Positions 63,796 to 64,000 of a stretch of DNA of 64,000 nucleotides are shown piece by piece. Made by a program: the position numbers and the translations under genes. Source of the DNA: Balanoglossus misakiensis (lineage: Eukaryota; Animalia; Hemichordata); the NCBI GenBank assembly GCA_040954595.2, contig CM082583.2:9410254-9474253 (forward strand), in the 5' to 3' direction. The notes under the pieces were generated by a model. It had not been told where the DNA came from and did no database searches. It was given only the letters and a program-made list of their open reading frames with translations. Position 1 is the first letter of the stretch; every line of letters starts with the position of its first letter.

Positions 63796-64000
63796 CTGAA
63801 AAATAATCAAAACGAAGAAGAAAAATATTGCTGAATGATACTTTTGTTATTTTGCAGCAGAATGGATGGACGTGTACACGCTGCATCATCTTTACAGGTG
63901 TATTCAAATGCAAAGTTTATTACGTAACAATGACAACAGAAGTCAACCAGACGCAAAACCATAGACAGTTCTGTATGTGCATGGTCTGTGTAAAAACATA

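Noticed and set aside
63796-63913. N-terminal 39 codons of the 421-aa sulfotransferase ORF
   Set aside because: Not accepted as certain coding sequence: it starts at a non-ATG codon and ends in a pyrimidine-rich acceptor, so it is probably intronic, although in-frame ATGs near 63886-63889 cannot be excluded.

Overview
AT-rich, intron-containing animal genomic DNA. The gene set and repeat style suggest an invertebrate deuterostome, which is inference only. The left 45 kb is gene-poor and holds a two-exon MEX3 gene (+, 14533-16391) among long non-coding flanks, several MITEs and poly-G runs. The right 18 kb is very gene-dense and largely missed by the ORF track because the exons are short. Manual splicing gives, in order: MBD2/3 (-, 5 exons, 259 aa); head-to-head with it a TERB2 orthologue (+, 5 coding exons, 169 aa; meiotic telomere-nuclear envelope complex); CTC1 433 nt further on (+, 29 exons, ~1386 aa; CST telomere complex); two tandem 3-exon genes for small, ~32% K+R protamine-like proteins full of RRxS motifs, sharing a CRE-type promoter motif, one ending in a LANA/IL-33-like MxLRSG motif; and a convergent heparan sulfate 3-O-sulfotransferase-like gene (-). 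The most notable observation is this compact candidate germline telomere/sperm-chromatin cluster (TERB2-CTC1-basic protein A-basic protein B). The MEX3-MBD2/3 neighbourhood, also seen in vertebrates, is second. All gene identities come from recognising motifs against remembered reference proteins, not from database searches.
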